64,000 nucleotides of DNA, taken from an uncultured delta proteobacterium. GTDB taxonomy: Bacteria > Myxococcota_A > Polyangia > Fen-1088. The DNA lies in contig CAWCMR010000025.1 in NCBI GenBank assembly GCA_963796685.1, positions 256,001 through 320,000 on the forward strand. The letters are read 5' to 3'. A program made the position numbers and the translations under genes. Shown here in pieces: positions 60,441 to 64,000 of this stretch; positions within the stretch are counted from its first letter, which is position 1, and every line of letters starts with the position of its first letter. Under the pieces are notes generated by a model. The model had not been told where the DNA came from. It did no database searches and worked only from the letters and a program-made list of their open reading frames with translations.

Positions 60441-60643
60441 TCTAAGGAAGAAAGGAAGCCAGGAAGCGGGGGATGGCCGTTGGAAGGATTCTCGTAGACC
60501 GCCTCCAGGAATCCAGGGTCAAGTGCGTTCCGATCGCAGCGCCGATGACACCGCCGGTTAGCTTCTCATGCTCGCTCCCATCTGCTTGTCCTGTTGGGAG
60601 TACGGCTTGTTCTCTTTCTTCCTGCTTTCCTGGCTTCCTTAGA
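60441..60643. mobile_element. Inverted-repeat-bounded 203-bp element containing a GxxExxY gene remnant
   Basis: TCTAAGGAAG (60441-60450) / CTTCCTTAGA (60634-60643) form a perfect IR, and AAGGAAGCCAGGAA (60452-60465) pairs with TTCCTGGCTTCCTT (60627-60640). Mobility is inferred. Confidence 0.55.
60488..60581 (-). pseudogene. Truncated, frameshifted GxxExxY protein N-terminus
   Basis: The minus strand reads EHEKLTGGVIGAAIGTHL, shifts frame, then reads PGFLEAVYEN. GFLEAVY is the GxxExxY signature. The rest of the gene is absent. Confidence 0.75.
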
Positions 60644-60821
60644 CGTTAGCGGTCCCGGGCCTTGAGCGTTGCATGGGCTGTCCCCTCAAATCAGTTTGGC
60701 ACCCGTCGTGCCGTTTGAGATGGTGACGGGGGAGGACCGGAAGCGCAGGCCCGACGCCGCCAGCGGCCCTGCTCGCGTGGGCGAAGGCGGGCTTCGCTCG
60801 CCGGAGCCCGTCGCGGGAGGC

Positions 60822-60844
60822 GCGGAACCCTTCGAGGGTTCCGC
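60822..60844. terminator. Perfect 10-bp hairpin downstream of the kinase gene (terminator or REP-like)
   Basis: GCGGAACCCT-TCG-AGGGTTCCGC, 43 nt after the stop at 60888; no U-tract. Confidence 0.35.
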
Positions 60845-60887
60845 AGTAGATCGTCGGCCGTCGTCGCCTCAAGATCCCGGCGCCACC

Positions 60888-62333
60888 TTATCTACCGCTG
60901 AAGAGAAGCCAGGCGAAAAGCGCGCCAATGACCACGGCGCCGGCCATGATGCCAAGCAGGACCCCGCGCGGGATCCCGTGCGGCCGCGTGGGCTGCATGG
61001 GAGCGTAGGCGCCCGACATCTGCACAGGCTGGGAGAAGACCTGCAAGTTGGCCATGGGACCAGGTGGCGGCGCGCTCGGCGGCGGAACAGGTGGCCCGGC
61101 CAAGGGCATGGGTTGGCTCTGCCTGGCCTGCATGTCGTTCACGGTGTCGCGCTGGTAGGGCTGGGAATCCCGGCGCGGAAATTCGCCCACCGTGTCGCGG
61201 CGGCCGCTCGATCGCCGGTCCGGCCAATCGGCCTCGGACGACCACGCGCGCGGATCGATGAAGCTGCCCACCTGCACGCCGCCGTCGGCGGGCGCGACCA
61301 CCTGGCCATCCTGGGCGGCATCGTCGAAATCCAGCGAGGTGAAGGCATCGAGCTCGGAGTGCAAGACGGTGTCGATGGTCCCGAAGCGCTTGGCCTTGCC
61401 GCCGGAAGACTGGGTGGCCTGATCCTCGATGCAGGAGCGAACCAATTCCGCGATGTCACGCTGGATCATCTTCAACCCGCGCGAGAACAGGTAGTGCGCC
61501 AGCGCATCCTGCAGATCGGTGGCGGTCTGGAAGCGATCTTCCGTGCGCCGGGCCAGCGCCTTTCGGCAGATCTCCTCGAACTCGGGTTCGACCTCGGGGT
61601 TCTGCGTGGCGATGGGCGGGATCTTGGCGTTGCGGACCAGCTCCACCGTCTGGTAGTCGGTGTCTCCATAGAACAGCCGCTTGCTGGTCAGCATTTCGTA
61701 AAGGAGGATCCCGACGGAAAAGATGTCCGCGCGTTGGTCGACGTTCTCGCCGCGCGCCGCCTCGGGCGAGAGATAGCTCATCTTGCCCTTGACCACGCCG
61801 GGATCGGTCGATTCCACCTGACTGGCGGCCTTGGCCAGCCCGAAGTCGGCCAGCTTGATTTCCCCGTTCTTCGAGATGAGCACGTTGGCGGGCGAAACGT
61901 CGCGATGGACGATGCCCAGGCGCTCGCCGGTTTCGGGGTGGACGAGATCGTGGGCATAGGCCAGCCCCTTGCAGACCTCCATGATCATGTAGATGGTCTG
62001 ACCGATGGTCAGGCGGCGGCCGATGCGACGGCGCCATTCCATAATCGCCTTCAGATCCACCCCATCGACGAACTCCATCACGATGAAGTACGTGTCGTCG
62101 GCGTGGCCGATGTCGAAGACCTGGACGATGTTGGCGTGCTGGAGGAACAGCGACAGCCGCGCCTCGTCCAGGAACATGGTGATGAACTTCTGGTTCTTGG
62201 TCAGGGCGGGCAAGACGCGCTTGATGGCGACGTTCTTGCGGAAACCCTGCAAGGATTCGGCGACGCCTTTGAAGACCTCCGCCATACCACCGGCAGCAAT
62301 ACGCTCTGTGATTCGATAACGACTATCGGGCAT
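60888..62333 (-). CDS. Ser/Thr protein kinase with C-terminal TM anchor
   Basis: AAGGMAEVF, VAIK, HRDVSPAN, DFG, KGKMSYLSPE. Confidence 0.95.
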   Translation of the reverse strand: MPDSRYRITERIAAGGMAEVFKGVAESLQGFRKNVAIKRVLPALTKNQKFITMFLDEARLSLFLQHANIVQVFDIGHADDTYFIVMEFVDGVDLKAIMEWRRRIGRRLTIGQTIYMIMEVCKGLAYAHDLVHPETGERLGIVHRDVSPANVLISKNGEIKLADFGLAKAASQVESTDPGVVKGKMSYLSPEAARGENVDQRADIFSVGILLYEMLTSKRLFYGDTDYQTVELVRNAKIPPIATQNPEVEPEFEEICRKALARRTEDRFQTATDLQDALAHYLFSRGLKMIQRDIAELVRSCIEDQATQSSGGKAKRFGTIDTVLHSELDAFTSLDFDDAAQDGQVVAPADGGVQVGSFIDPRAWSSEADWPDRRSSGRRDTVGEFPRRDSQPYQRDTVNDMQARQSQPMPLAGPPVPPPSAPPPGPMANLQVFSQPVQMSGAYAPMQPTRPHGIPRGVLLGIMAGAVVIGALFAWLLFSGR

Positions 62334-62425
62334 CGGGCGGGCCGCCTGACTTGATGGCGCGGAGTATATAGCAAAGCCGAAATGGCTGCGCGGGCAAAAC
62401 CGAGATCCGGGGATCCGGGCGACCG

Positions 62426-62854
62426 CTATTCGTCCGCAACCCCAAGCTCGCCCAGTCCGCCGCCGTCGAGACCCGCGCCCTGCCCGGCCTGCTCGACCGC
62501 GGCTTCGTCGCGCTCGTTCTGCTCCTTGCAGTCGATGCACAGGGTGGTCACGGGGCGGGCCAGAAGCCGTTTGAAGGCGATCTTTTCCCCGCAGCTCTCG
62601 CACACGTCGATGGAATCATCCTTGAGTCGGGCGAGCTGCTTGTCGACTTTGCCGAGGAGGTACTTCTCGCGGTCGTGCAAGCGCATCTCGGTGGAGAAGA
62701 TCTCCTCTTCCATGGACTCGTCGATGGAGTCGCGTCCGATGTTACGCTCGTGATTCATGGAGTAACTCAACGCGCGTTCGCCCACCTTGGCCAGACGTTT
62801 TCTGGCTGTCTCGAGCACGCCTTGGAGTTGTTCCTTCTCAGCTTTGGTCAGCAT
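62426..62854 (-). CDS. DksA/TraR C4-type zinc finger protein
   Basis: DSIDES coiled-coil tip; CESCGEKI...RLLARP...LCIDC. Confidence 0.9.
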   Translation of the reverse strand: MLTKAEKEQLQGVLETARKRLAKVGERALSYSMNHERNIGRDSIDESMEEEIFSTEMRLHDREKYLLGKVDKQLARLKDDSIDVCESCGEKIAFKRLLARPVTTLCIDCKEQNERDEAAVEQAGQGAGLDGGGLGELGVADE

Positions 62855-62962
62855 GATTTCCTCGCGAAATGTGGGCCTATGAAGAACCTTCGGTAGGATG
62901 GTCCACCGAGTTTAGCGTCCTTGTGCGCCTGTGGTGCGATCCTGGCGCCGAGTCTAGCGCGG

Positions 62963-64000
62963 CTAGGACGCCTTTTTCTCCTTGATTAGCTGGGGTCGCC
63001 CACGCGAAACAACCACATCGCGGGTGACGACGCACTCCGTGACCCCGGACAGCGAGGGGATCTCGTACATCACGTCGAGCATGACTTCTTCCAGAATGGC
63101 GCGTAGGCCGCGCGCGCCGGACTTGCGCCGGGCGGCTTCCTCGGCCACGCTGCGCAGGGCATCCTCGGTGAAGCGAAGCTTGACCCCTTCCATTTCCAGC
63201 AGGCGCTCATACTGCTTGGACAGGGCGTTCTTGGGCTTCCACAGGATTTGGGCCAAATCGTCCACGTCGAGCTCGTCGGCGCCGACGATGATGGGCAGAC
63301 GGCCCATGAACTCAGGAATCATGCCGAACTTGATGAGATCCTCGGTGCGGGCCTTGGCGCGCAGCTCGTTCTTGGACTCCTCGCCCTTGGCGATGGCGGC
63401 ACCGAAGCCGAGTCCGCTCTTGCCGATGCGCCGGCGGACGATCTCTTCGAGCCCGTTGAAGGCGCCGGTGCAGACGAAAAGGATGTTGGTGGTGTCGACC
63501 TGAATCAGCTCCTGCTGCGGCCGATTGCGCGCCCCATCGGGGGTGATGGTGGCCTGTTTTCCTTCCAGGATCTTGAGCAAAGCCTGCTGCACGCCCTCGC
63601 CGGATACGTCGCGGGTGACCGACGGTCCGCCGCCCTTGCGCGAGATCTTGTCGATCTCGTCGATGCACACGATGCCGCGCGAGGCCTTCTCGGGGTCGTT
63701 GCCGGCGTTGCGGTACAGCGACTTGATGACACTGTCCACGTCCTCGCCCACGTAGCCCGCCTCGGTCAAGGTGGTGGCGTCGGCCATGGCAAAGGGAACG
63801 TCGAGCTTGCGTGCCAGGGTTTGCACGAGCAGGGTCTTGCCGCAGCCGGTGGGACCGATGAGCAGGATGTTGCCCTTCTGGATCTCCACGTCGGCCGCCT
63901 TGCCCCGCTGGCCGATGCGCTTGTAGTGGTTGTAGACGGAAACCGAAAGCGCCTTCTTGGCCCGCTCCTGGCCGATGACGTATTTGTCGATCTCGTCGTA
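62963..64000 (-). CDS. clpX: ATP-dependent Clp protease ATPase ClpX (5' end beyond the window)
   Basis: [59 protein letters not shown]; frame open to 64000. Confidence 0.95.
   Translation of the reverse strand, partial: YDEIDKYVIGQERAKKALSVSVYNHYKRIGQRGKAADVEIQKGNILLIGPTGCGKTLLVQTLARKLDVPFAMADATTLTEAGYVGEDVDSVIKSLYRNAGNDPEKASRGIVCIDEIDKISRKGGGPSVTRDVSGEGVQQALLKILEGKQATITPDGARNRPQQELIQVDTTNILFVCTGAFNGLEEIVRRRIGKSGLGFGAAIAKGEESKNELRAKARTEDLIKFGMIPEFMGRLPIIVGADELDVDDLAQILWKPKNALSKQYERLLEMEGVKLRFTEDALRSVAEEAARRKSGARGLRAILEEVMLDVMYEIPSLSGVTECVVTRDVVVSRGRPQLIKEKKAS

Overview
This is a GC-rich chromosomal segment, most likely from a myxobacterium (Myxococcota, Polyangia-like). That assignment is inferred from the Cys-rich lipoproteins, PEGA proteins, several eukaryote-like Ser/Thr kinases and an FHA-DUF4388 protein. 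Housekeeping genes include murC-ftsQ-ftsA-ftsZ-smpB, a stand-alone EF-G paralog, a dksA-like gene, partial clpX, hsp20, an M16 peptidase and asnB. Accessory genes include a Tat-exported superoxide reductase, a tetraheme RoxA/peroxidase-like lipoprotein with EF-hand loops opposite a chorismatase-like Rid gene and an Rrf2 regulator, and an AmmeMemoRadiSam pair split by a kinase/TPR-PEGA/Cys-rich lipoprotein cassette. There is also an RND efflux operon, a broken alpha-2-macroglobulin-like gene, a deoxyhypusine-synthase-like gene, a pseudokinase and a divergent FolE next to an SDR. Two features are missing from the ORF track: a Cys-rich lipoprotein running off the left edge, and a 203-bp element at 60441-60643 bounded by inverted repeats and carrying a degenerate GxxExxY gene remnant. 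Four +1 frameshifts can each be repaired by removing one doubled base that restores GAGCTC or GATC, which points to methylation-linked basecalling errors rather than gene decay. I saw no rRNA, tRNA, CRISPR array or intact transposase. All family assignments come from motif recognition by eye, not database searches.
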